DNA of 64,000 bases from an uncultured Candidatus Saccharibacteria bacterium (lineage in GTDB: Bacteria; Patescibacteriota; Minisyncoccia; Sungbacterales; HO2-52-23). The stretch spans positions 8,531-72,530 of the forward strand of contig CAZPDF010000006.1 of assembly GCA_964585475.1 (NCBI GenBank), in the 5' to 3' direction. The position numbers and the translations under genes were made by a program. Positions 10,665-18,655 of this stretch are shown in pieces. Numbering within the stretch: the stretch's first letter is position 1; each line of letters begins with the position of its first letter. Below the pieces are notes generated by a model. That model was given only the letters and a program-made list of their open reading frames with translations, was not told the origin of the DNA and did not search any database.

Positions 10665-11198
10665 ATGTCTAAAGACAAAAAAATTGCTTTATATATAGTC
10701 TTAATCGGCGTATGCGGCGTTACCGCCATTTTTCTGTTTCCGCCAGGCATTTTGACAGCCCAAGGCCAACCTCCTCTTCCCACCCTACCTACACAAATTT
10801 TGCCGACTACCTGTCCTTACAGGGACCTGATAGTTAATGGGGTATCTTTTGGAAGAGTAAGCAATCTCTGCGGCGTCTGTGATCTTTTCGCGCTAATCAA
10901 AAACGTCTTCGATTATATCTTGGCCATAGCCGCGACTGCCGGAGCGCTGATGCTGGCCTACGGTGGGCTCCTGATGATCCTTCCCTACGTAGGCGGGGGG
11001 GACTCGAGCGTAATGCAGACCAAAGGCAAAAAGGTCTTAACACGCGCGGTTGTGGGCATACTTATAATCTTTTTTGCGTGGCTTGCCATAGATACCACCA
11101 TCAAGATACTGGCGAACCAAGTGGGCGGAGGAGGGCCTGCGCAAATCCCGACACCGTTAGGTCTTGGTCCGTGGAACGCGATTACATGTAATCCTTGA
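10665..11198 (+). CDS. Small two-TM pilin-like membrane protein (TrbC/VirB2-like), paralog 1
   Basis: N-terminal hydrophobic leader, then a mature region with two hydrophobic helices separated by a short polar loop. Related to the three downstream paralogs. Confidence 0.4.
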   Translation: MSKDKKIALYIVLIGVCGVTAIFLFPPGILTAQGQPPLPTLPTQILPTTCPYRDLIVNGVSFGRVSNLCGVCDLFALIKNVFDYILAIAATAGALMLAYGGLLMILPYVGGGDSSVMQTKGKKVLTRAVVGILIIFFAWLAIDTTIKILANQVGGGGPAQIPTPLGLGPWNAITCNP

Positions 11199-11522
11199 CC
11201 ATATTAGAAGTCCGTTCCTCCGAAGGCGGGACGGCAGTCGCCTGCGGCGGCTTATTTCTAACGGGGCGGACATAGTTCTTGCAATAAAAATAATTTAGAT
11301 TAATATTAAAAGACATGGATTACTTTTCCGCATCATTTTTAATAGACCTTATGGTCTTTTATCTCTTAACGGATGAGTTTAAAACTCTTTAAAGGGCCTG
11401 GTGGTTCCCGGTATTCCGTTAGAGTCAAAGCTTCTAACGGGGTGTGCCCGGTAGTAGACTTTGACTACTTTCGGCGTTTGGCGTTTTGCATAGCAAAGCG
11501 CCAGTCAAAGTGTTACTACCGG

Positions 11523-11867
11523 GTGTGGAAAACGGGTTTGCGGCATACCCTTATTTTTGCTAATCTGTTTATAGTGCAAGGGGTCTTCGCCCAAGGCACC
11601 ACTATCCCGAACCCCATTCAAGCCAATAATTTCCCCACTCTGATCCTTACGATTGTTAATGGTATAATGCTTATCGGGATACCTCTCGCCATAATTGCCA
11701 TAATATTTGCGGGGTTCAAGTTTATCGCTTCCGCAACCTCGGGGAACGAAGCCGGCCTGAAAGAGGCAAGAAAAATGTTTCTCTGGATCTTGATCGGGGT
11801 GGCGATTCTGGTCGGCGCAAGAGTGATTGCCCAAGCGGTGGTAAATTTCGCGCAAGGCCTGTCGTAA
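11523..11867 (+). CDS. Small two-TM pilin-like membrane protein (TrbC/VirB2-like), paralog 2 (GTG start inferred; the ORF extends upstream to 11373)
   Basis: Signal-peptide-like MWKTGLRHTLIFANLFIVQGVFAQG, then LTIVNGIMLIGIPLAIIAIIFAGFKFIASATSGNEAGLKEARKMFLWILIGVAILVGA. Confidence 0.4.
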   Translation: MWKTGLRHTLIFANLFIVQGVFAQGTTIPNPIQANNFPTLILTIVNGIMLIGIPLAIIAIIFAGFKFIASATSGNEAGLKEARKMFLWILIGVAILVGARVIAQAVVNFAQGLS

Positions 11868-12116
11868 TTAGTTTTATAATGAAATTGCAGAAGAATATCC
11901 CAAAATGCCATGCTGAGTCCTTCGACTGTCATTCTGAACGAAGTGAAGAATCTCAGGATAAACTCCGCGAAGAATCTATCCGTTCTGTTCCAAGAGATCC
12001 TTCACTGCGTTCAGGACGACTAAAGATGGGTTCTTCTACTGTCTCATGAGATCAATCGTTTAGCCATTGCTTAAAGGTCGATAAAATCTAGTAACTAGTT
12101 AACAGTAATAGAATCT

Positions 12117-12470
12117 ATGTCAAAATTTCTTATTCGATATCCAACGCTAGTTATCGGCTACGCGCTCTTGCCGCTGGTGGCAAGCGCCCAAACCGTTCAG
12201 ACAATTCTCACCAACCTCCGGACAACTCTTACCACCATTATCGGCATCCTTTTCGTGATTGCTACGGTGGTGTTTCTCTGGGGAGTGGTGCAGTTCATTG
12301 CTAATTCCGGGGATGAGGCAGCGCGGAACAAGGCCAAAGGCATTATGACCTGGGGCATTATCGGGCTCGCGGTTATGGCCGCTGCCTGGGGCATTACAGT
12401 AATTCTCATCACCTATTTCGGTGTAGGTGCTCAACCTCCGGCGTTTGCTCCGCCACCGCTTGTTAACTAA
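12117..12470 (+). CDS. Small two-TM pilin-like membrane protein (TrbC/VirB2-like), paralog 3
   Basis: Signal peptide ...LLPLVASAQ, then LTTIIGILFVIATVVFLWGVVQFIANSGDEAARNKAKGIMTWGIIGLAVMAAAWG. Confidence 0.45.
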   Translation: MSKFLIRYPTLVIGYALLPLVASAQTVQTILTNLRTTLTTIIGILFVIATVVFLWGVVQFIANSGDEAARNKAKGIMTWGIIGLAVMAAAWGITVILITYFGVGAQPPAFAPPPLVN

Positions 12471-12575
12471 TACGCAATTCGCAAAAACCCCAGGCCCAAA
12501 TCATCCTGGGGCTTGCGTTTATCCTGCGCCTTTTTTAAAACTCCGCGGAAAGGTGCAGGATTTCTATAACGCACT

Positions 12576-12836
12576 ATGCAAAACCCCACCATTAGCAGCA
12601 TTATTGCTCGCCTACAAACCGAGGTTCTGAACCCTCTTATAAACGTGCTTTTTGTGCTGGCCACTGTAATATTTTTATGGGGAGTGATAAATTACGTCAT
12701 TGGAAGCAGAGGAGATGAAAGGCGATTGGATGCCGGAAAAAGAGTAATGGTCTGGGGGATCATCGGGATGACGATTATGGCTTCTGCCTGGGGGATCGTG
12801 CGGATAATTTGCGTATTTTTTGGAACTTGTTCTTAA
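12576..12836 (+). CDS. Small two-TM pilin-like membrane protein (TrbC/VirB2-like), paralog 4
   Basis: LINVLFVLATVIFLWGVINYVIGSRGDERRLDAGKRVMVWGIIGMTIMASAWG; same FLWGV...G(D/G)E...K...WGIIG...A.WG pattern as paralog 3. Confidence 0.45.
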   Translation: MQNPTISSIIARLQTEVLNPLINVLFVLATVIFLWGVINYVIGSRGDERRLDAGKRVMVWGIIGMTIMASAWGIVRIICVFFGTCS

Positions 12837-12856
12837 ATCGAGCTTCAAATTAAATC

Positions 12857-12907
12857 AAACCCGCCTTTCGACTATGCTCAGGGCGGGTTTGATTTTAGCC
12901 AGTTTTT
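12857..12907 (+). terminator. Rho-independent terminator
   Basis: CAAACCCGCC...GGCGGGTTTG hairpin followed by ATTTTAG. Confidence 0.55.
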
Positions 12908-12969
12908 CCTGTATCATCTTCTTACGTTCTGCCTTCGTGGTGAAATGGCAGATTCACCCTCCCACCTAT

Positions 12970-13051
12970 GTCGCGGTGGCGGAACTGGAATACGCGCAGG
13001 ACTTAGAATCCTGTCCCGTAAGGGTTGTGGGTTCGACTCCCACCCGCGACA
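12970..13051 (+). tRNA. tRNA-Leu (anticodon TAG), type II with long variable arm; no encoded CCA
   Basis: Acceptor GTCGCGG/CCGCGAC; anticodon stem CAGGA/TCCTG with loop CTTAGAA; variable arm TCCCGTAAGGGTTG; T-arm GGGTTCGACTCCC. Confidence 0.6.
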
Positions 13052-13271
13052 TTGGTGGGAGGGCAAGCTGGGTTTAGAGCCCAGCGATCGCAAGATCATG
13101 AGAGTTCAAATCTCTCCCTCGGCATATGAGGTTCCCGCTCATTCAATTCAATTTGAATGAGCGAGGCTCGCCCATCGAAGATGGGCGGCAAATCCTCTCG
13201 GGAGCATGGTATAATCCGCTAGTATAGTTCAATATGATTGAAGCCATGAAATAATTCTTATTTATGTTTAT

Positions 13272-13347
13272 GCCGAGATAGCTCAGTTGGCAGAGCACGT
13301 CATTGGTAATGACGAGGTCCCGGGTTCGATCCCCGGTCTCGGCTCCA
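13272..13347 (+). tRNA. tRNA-Thr (anticodon GGT), CCA encoded
   Basis: GCCGAGA TAGCTCAGTTGGCAGAGCA CGTCA-TTGGTAA-TGACG AGGTC CCGGGTTCGATCCCCGG TCTCGGC T CCA. Confidence 0.85.
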
Positions 13348-13432
13348 GGCATATGGCAGGCGGGGATTCTCCCCGCTGGCTATAAAACTTTGCTTCAATC
13401 ATTTTGCATTTTTAAGTTTAAAGGGCTTTGTC

Positions 13433-13582
13433 CAAAATTTGGAGATATAGTCGAACAAATTTTGGTAACAAAACCTTTACCCCGCCCCTACTCTACTTCG
13501 GAGTTGAATTATTTAAGACAAGGGTCAAGCTAAATTATCCTTGCAGTAATAGTAGGATTCAGTAGTAGAGTAGGGGCGGGGT
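13433..13582 (+). repeat. Family C element: conserved GGGCTTTGTCCAAAA...TTTTGGTAACAAAACC motif plus a long 19-bp-stem hairpin, copy 1
   Basis: Stem ACCCCGCCCCTACTCTACT ... AGTAGAGTAGGGGCGGGGT encloses a ~70-nt loop. The motif also occurs at 29274, 17714 and 46024 (minus). Confidence 0.6.
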
Positions 13583-13884
13583 GCTCAATGTTGTGGCTAA
13601 ATTTATTGCGCCTCGCATTGAGCTCGGCTTACAAATTTAGACAACATTGGCATGCCACAACCAAATCTAATAAAACTTCAGTGTACGATCTGCAAGCGTA
13701 TCAACTACTGGACTTCCAAGAATAAAAAGACAGTGGAGAAGAAGTTGGAATTGAAAAAATACTGCAAATGGTGCAGGAAACATACAGTACACAAAGAAAC
13801 TAAAAAATAGGTTCTTTATGGAAATCCTAAACAAATTCCAATAATAAAAACCGGGCTTTTTTAAAATTTGGGATTTTGTTGTAT

Positions 13885-13956
13885 GGGGGTATAAGCTTAA
13901 TGGCAAACTGCGGGTCTCCAAAACCCGACTTCTTGGTTCGAATCCAAGTACCCCCG
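13885..13956 (+). tRNA. tRNA-Trp (anticodon CCA)
   Basis: Acceptor GGGGGTA/TACCCCC; anticodon arm CGGGT-CTCCAAA-ACCCG; T-arm CTTGGTTCGAATCCAAG; discriminator G. Confidence 0.75.
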
Positions 13957-13959
13957 CCT

Positions 13960-14517
13960 ATGGATTTTGTTTCTCTTACCGTAATTATCGGCCTCACGGT
14001 GCTGGTTCTTTTTGCGGTTTTATTTTCCGCGTTTGAGATATACGCCGTCGTCATAGGCCACCTTAAAGGCGCGCCATACGTGCGTTCCCCCAAAAAATAT
14101 GTAAAAACTATGATCGAACTTGCGGAAATAAAACCGGGGGAACTAATAATAGACCTTGGCTCGGGGGATGGAACAATCGTGATCGAGGCCGCGCGCAAAG
14201 GCGCGCGGGCAGTCGGAATAGAAATCAATCCTTTCCTCGTTCTCTGGTCGCGATACCGCATAAAGAAGTTGGGGCTCAAGGAACAAGCCCAAATCGTAAA
14301 AGGAAATTTTTTTAAATATTCCCTCGTAGACGCCGATGTTATACTTTTCTACCTTTTGCCGAAAATAATGAATAGGTTGAAAGAAAAATTTTCTCGGGAA
14401 CTCAAACCCGGCACACGCATTATCTCCTATGCCTTTCCCATTCCCGGCTGGACCCCACGATCCCAAAAAAACGGCGTATTTATGTATCACTATAGGGGCG
14501 AAACCTCTATAGTGTAA
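13960..14517 (+). CDS. Class I SAM-dependent methyltransferase (the listed ORF start at 13876 overlaps tRNA-Trp; ATG at 13960 preferred)
   Basis: Motif I IIDLGSGDGTIVIEAA; N-terminal TM helix. Confidence 0.6.
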   Translation: MDFVSLTVIIGLTVLVLFAVLFSAFEIYAVVIGHLKGAPYVRSPKKYVKTMIELAEIKPGELIIDLGSGDGTIVIEAARKGARAVGIEINPFLVLWSRYRIKKLGLKEQAQIVKGNFFKYSLVDADVILFYLLPKIMNRLKEKFSRELKPGTRIISYAFPIPGWTPRSQKNGVFMYHYRGETSIV

Positions 14518-14669
14518 ATCGCCACCCTATATATATCTTCGTCCAATTTCACATATAAAAACGATCGTCCGTATATGTGAAATTGGGCGATTGCAAGATT
14601 TTTTTAATAAGTTACTATAATTAGGGTTTGTTCGTTTACAATGCGAAATCTAGAAAGGGGTGATGCGCC

Positions 14670-16112
14670 GTGGAACCAAGAACCGGCTGCGACATTGCAA
14701 TCATCGGCTCGGGCCCGGCAGGAACGTTCGCGGCGATCGAGCTTGCGAGAATTCGTCCTAAATATTCCATCGTGATGTTTGAGAAGGGACCCCTTCGAAG
14801 CTACGGCGACCGGGACAATAAAACCTGTGGATGGGGAGGATCCGGCGCGTATTCGGACGGAAAACTTGACCTGACTCATCTTATCGGCGGAACGCTGGTT
14901 GAGAAGGGCTATGTTTCCGTGGCCGAGTTCACGGATCTCATGCGCTATGTTGAAGCAACCTATGTCAGCTACTGCAAGGACGCCGAAACCGTTCTTGAAA
15001 TAGACGAAAATCCGGAGGTGGAGCGGATGAGAAAACTTTGTGAAAACCACGACATGCAGCTTATTCCTTTTCCCGTAAGGCATCTTGGCACCGATCGCTC
15101 ATTCGCAATCGTAATGGGAATGTATCAGGATCTTACGAGAGCGGGTGTCAGCATCCGGACCCAGACCGAGGTTACCTCCATTAACCCCTGTGCTGACGGC
15201 TTCCGGCTGAACTGGGAGCAGTGGGAGGAAAATACTGTTGAGGGAAGAACTGAAAAAAACATAATTGCTCATGGTGAAATCCTTGCGAGCAAAGTCGTGG
15301 TCTGTCCGGGACGAGAAGGAGATCGCTGGTTCTCGGAAGAGGCACGGCGCCTCGGCCTGCAAATTTCGAGAAACAGGGTTGACATAGGAGTTAGGGTTGA
15401 GGTTCCGGCGCATGTAACTAAAAAGTTAACCGACATATTGCACGAGCCCAAAATCGTTTTCCATACGCCTTCGTTCAAAGACAGGGTACGCACTTTCTGC
15501 GTATGCCCGAACGGATTCGTGGTGAGAGAGCGATACCGCAACCTCGGGGTGGTGACCGTAAACGGAGAATCAAACAGCAAACGAGGACTCCAGACCTCAA
15601 GCACAAATTTCGCGCTTCTGGTCTCACAAGCATTCACTACTCCTTTTGATGATCCGGTGGGCTATGCCGTTTCCGTGGCTAAGGATACGAATCGCCTGGC
15701 CGGCGAAAATGGAATATTGGTGCAGAGACTGGGAGATATCGGCAAACACCGCTCCACGGAAAAGCGAATGCGCGAAAGCATAGAATACGGATTTATCGAA
15801 CAAACGCTGCTTGACGCAACTCCGGGCGATCTTACCCTTGCGGTCCCGCATCGCCACTTTGACGGCATACTCCAGATGTTGAAGGCCCTTGAATGGATGG
15901 CCCCCGGCATTGCCAGCCCCCACACCCTTCTTTATGGCGCCGAAGTTAAATTCTATTCTCTGCAAGTGAAAGCCGGAGAAGGGTTTGAAACCGACCTCAA
16001 AGGACTCTATGTTGCCGGAGACGGATCCGGCTACACGAGAGGTTTGATGCAGTCATCCATCCAAGGCGTTATCGTTGCGCGAAACATTGCGAAAAAATTA
16101 TTCCAAGAATAA
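14670..16112 (+). CDS. FAD-dependent oxidoreductase (uncharacterised FAD-dependent dehydrogenase family)
   Basis: N-terminal dinucleotide-binding fold DIAIIGSGPAGTFAAIELAR; C-terminal GDGSGYTRG FAD motif. Confidence 0.65.
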   Translation: MEPRTGCDIAIIGSGPAGTFAAIELARIRPKYSIVMFEKGPLRSYGDRDNKTCGWGGSGAYSDGKLDLTHLIGGTLVEKGYVSVAEFTDLMRYVEATYVSYCKDAETVLEIDENPEVERMRKLCENHDMQLIPFPVRHLGTDRSFAIVMGMYQDLTRAGVSIRTQTEVTSINPCADGFRLNWEQWEENTVEGRTEKNIIAHGEILASKVVVCPGREGDRWFSEEARRLGLQISRNRVDIGVRVEVPAHVTKKLTDILHEPKIVFHTPSFKDRVRTFCVCPNGFVVRERYRNLGVVTVNGESNSKRGLQTSSTNFALLVSQAFTTPFDDPVGYAVSVAKDTNRLAGENGILVQRLGDIGKHRSTEKRMRESIEYGFIEQTLLDATPGDLTLAVPHRHFDGILQMLKALEWMAPGIASPHTLLYGAEVKFYSLQVKAGEGFETDLKGLYVAGDGSGYTRGLMQSSIQGVIVARNIAKKLFQE

Positions 16113-16120
16113 TCATACCC

Positions 16121-16150
16121 GGCAGTAGTCTTCGACTACTGCCGTTTTTT
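16121..16150 (+). terminator. Rho-independent terminator
   Basis: GGCAGTAGTC-TTCG-ACTACTGCC followed by GTTTTTT. Confidence 0.75.
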
Positions 16151-16205
16151 GTCGAGCACTCAACGTATTGAGTGCTCGACAGTCAAAGAGTTACTACCTG
16201 GCATA

Positions 16206-16231
16206 CCGCGACTTAAAGTCGCGGTTTTTTT
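16206..16231 (+). terminator. Second rho-independent terminator
   Basis: CCGCGACTTAAAGTCGCGG followed by TTTTTTT. Confidence 0.7.
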
Positions 16232-16418
16232 AATCAATATTAAGCTAAAATCATACATACCAACGACCGTTTTTATATGTGATTTTGATTAAATACTACA
16301 TAAAATAACTAAAAACCGGTCGCGGGGACCGGTAAAATTATTTCTTTTTGTCGGGGTAGAAATTAGAACAAACCAATTTCTACAAAAAATCCACACGGGA
16401 AGCCGTGCGGTCTTTTAA

Positions 16419-17633
16419 TTATACTTTTTGAACCTCAATTTTTTCCGCCTTCACGAATGTATCGGCAAGAGCGCCGACCTTAAGCTCGATCAACATCGCA
16501 AACCAAGCACCAATGAATGCTCCTATGGCCGTACCAACCGCATAGGGGACAAAGAGCCGGAGATCGCCTTTAGCCATGGTGGCAACCATGTGAAGCACAA
16601 AGAACCACGAGCCATTCGAGCACATTGAAGCCAGAAGGTGATAAAGAGCGTTGTCTCTTTGTCGAGCTCGGGAGATCAGGGAAAAACTGATTTGCATGAA
16701 AACCGTGCCAAGTACAAACCAAATTGTTGAGGCCAAACTCTTCGGAGGGAACACCAAGACAGATAGACCGACAACGCCCAGAAGCGCCCAGACAGGACGA
16801 AAATCAGGTTTCTTCACCTCTCCTTTTTTCACATGAGCATCGGCAGAAGAAACGGTCCCGGTTTTCTTGTCAACCCATTTAGTAAAGCGAGATGCGGTTA
16901 AACTTCCGGCAATACTTCCCACCGTACCACCAGTTGCATACGGAACAAAAATTCCCCATCGCATATCAAACTTAATGAAGAGAGTCCATCGGAAGAAGTC
17001 AACTACGCCCGTAATGAGTCCTATTCCTAATGTCAGATAATAGTTATTTCGATTCTGGATCCAGGTCCGCATCGAATAAGCCATATCGGGAAGAAAAACA
17101 AAAGCCGTAATTTGAAGGAGCGAGAGCAGGCTTTCGCTTCCAAAAAAGAGAAATTGAAAAGTCCATCCAGCTGCCACCAGTATAGGAAGATATTTAAGCG
17201 CCACCCTTCGATTCATTGCCTCATTCTTCGCAGCAACTTCCTTTGAGACCTGCTCAATGCGAGCACCTGTCAGGCGCTCAATCCACGTTGAAACATAGCT
17301 TCCTGTAAGACTTCCCGACATGGTGCCGGCCGTATACGCAAGGAGAAGCTTCAGCGAAAAGTCCGAGCCCGGACCAAGGATGGTCCGAAATGTCAGGAAT
17401 GAAACCAACGCCGAGAAAACTACCGCGCAAAGATGGTACAGGATGTTATCTCGAGTCCGTGAGCGAGCGGCAAGGGTAAAGCAAATATTCTGTCCGTAAG
17501 AAATTCCGAGAACCAAGAGTGTCGTCTGCCAAATTTCAGGAGCAAAGATCAGCTGTCCACATACCAATGCAAGTAAAACACCAATCGGCCAAAGATCCCG
17601 CATACGGAACTTCTTTTCCGTCTTCTCAGCCAT
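16419..17633 (-). CDS. Polytopic membrane protein with internal tandem duplication (possibly DUF165/VUT-family transporter-like)
   Basis: Two homologous halves (…NICFTLAARSRTRDNILYHLCAVVFSAL… and …QISFSLISRARQRDNALYHLLASMCSNG…), each with ~5 TM helices. Confidence 0.4.
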   Translation of the reverse strand: MAEKTEKKFRMRDLWPIGVLLALVCGQLIFAPEIWQTTLLVLGISYGQNICFTLAARSRTRDNILYHLCAVVFSALVSFLTFRTILGPGSDFSLKLLLAYTAGTMSGSLTGSYVSTWIERLTGARIEQVSKEVAAKNEAMNRRVALKYLPILVAAGWTFQFLFFGSESLLSLLQITAFVFLPDMAYSMRTWIQNRNNYYLTLGIGLITGVVDFFRWTLFIKFDMRWGIFVPYATGGTVGSIAGSLTASRFTKWVDKKTGTVSSADAHVKKGEVKKPDFRPVWALLGVVGLSVLVFPPKSLASTIWFVLGTVFMQISFSLISRARQRDNALYHLLASMCSNGSWFFVLHMVATMAKGDLRLFVPYAVGTAIGAFIGAWFAMLIELKVGALADTFVKAEKIEVQKV

Positions 17634-17958
17634 GCCAAAACCTCGTTTTCAATGATCAAACCTCCGTTACTCTAGCAAATTACTTTTATATTGCAACTCA
17701 AAAGTTATCCCCAGGGCTTTGTCCAAAAATTCGAGCCTGTGGGTGAAGAATTTTTGGGAACAAAACCTAGGCCCCGCACAATTTTTGCCTTAGTGAATCA
17801 GTAGTGAACAGGTTTTACTTCATCGAAACGGTGCCCTCGCAGCGTGCGGTGGCCGAATAGGCCTACCCATATTGAGCGAAGCGCGCTGCCGTCGCTTTAC
17901 TTCGCAAAAATTGTGCGTGGGCACAAATAAAAAACCGCCGATGGGCGGACTGAAGATG

Positions 17959-18498
17959 TTAATACGGCATCTTGTTGCGCGTTCCTGTCTCGAAAATACT
18001 GAGCGTTCCCCCTTGGAGCCGCATCGATTCCGGATCAGTAGAGAGGATGGTCCCGTCGGGCTTTACTTCCCAAATCGGACAGCCCTGTTTAAAGATAAAT
18101 AACGCCTCGCCGTATACACCCGCACCCCATTTACCGTCTCGATACGGGAGAAAAATCCCTCCGTGCAGTTTAGGAAGCACCACCTTGAAGTAATAGTTCA
18201 TCCCGTTGCCGGTCTCTTTCTTCCAGCGCCGGTATCCCTCCTGATGGTGGAGCTGGTTGGGATTTTCTACATGCCATCCGGGAAAATGCTTTTTTATTTT
18301 CTCCACGAGCTCCGCCTCAACTCCCGAATTATAAGCGGCTACGGGATGCCCAAAATAAAGAACTGGTGTATCAATATACTGACACGGACTTGCCTGGGTA
18401 CGATTCCATTCGCTAACGCCGGCACATCCCCCCAGCAGTAAAAAGACCAGAATCGTAGTAAGCCACGGTTTTATTTTCAAAATCGTCTGGAATGCCAT
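17959..18498 (-). CDS. Lipoprotein, hypothetical
   Basis: Signal peptide with lipobox LLLGGC|AG. Confidence 0.45.
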   Translation of the reverse strand: MAFQTILKIKPWLTTILVFLLLGGCAGVSEWNRTQASPCQYIDTPVLYFGHPVAAYNSGVEAELVEKIKKHFPGWHVENPNQLHHQEGYRRWKKETGNGMNYYFKVVLPKLHGGIFLPYRDGKWGAGVYGEALFIFKQGCPIWEVKPDGTILSTDPESMRLQGGTLSIFETGTRNKMPY

Positions 18499-18655
18499 TT
18501 CATGCTCCCATCAACGAACCTCACCAATATTATCACGCAGTTAAAAAAACGCAATACTATACAACAAATTTATCGTTTGTGAAGTTTACGGAAAGTTTTC
18601 CACAGGCATAATGAAGGCAAGAGTTCTCTGACAACTTAACGGAGGTACTAGTTTT

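Noticed and set aside
13056-13124. Second tRNA immediately after tRNA-Leu
   Set aside because: The T-arm and 3′ acceptor look canonical, but no complementary 5′ acceptor strand or D-arm could be found in the preceding 90 nt. It is reported as an orphan fragment rather than a gene.
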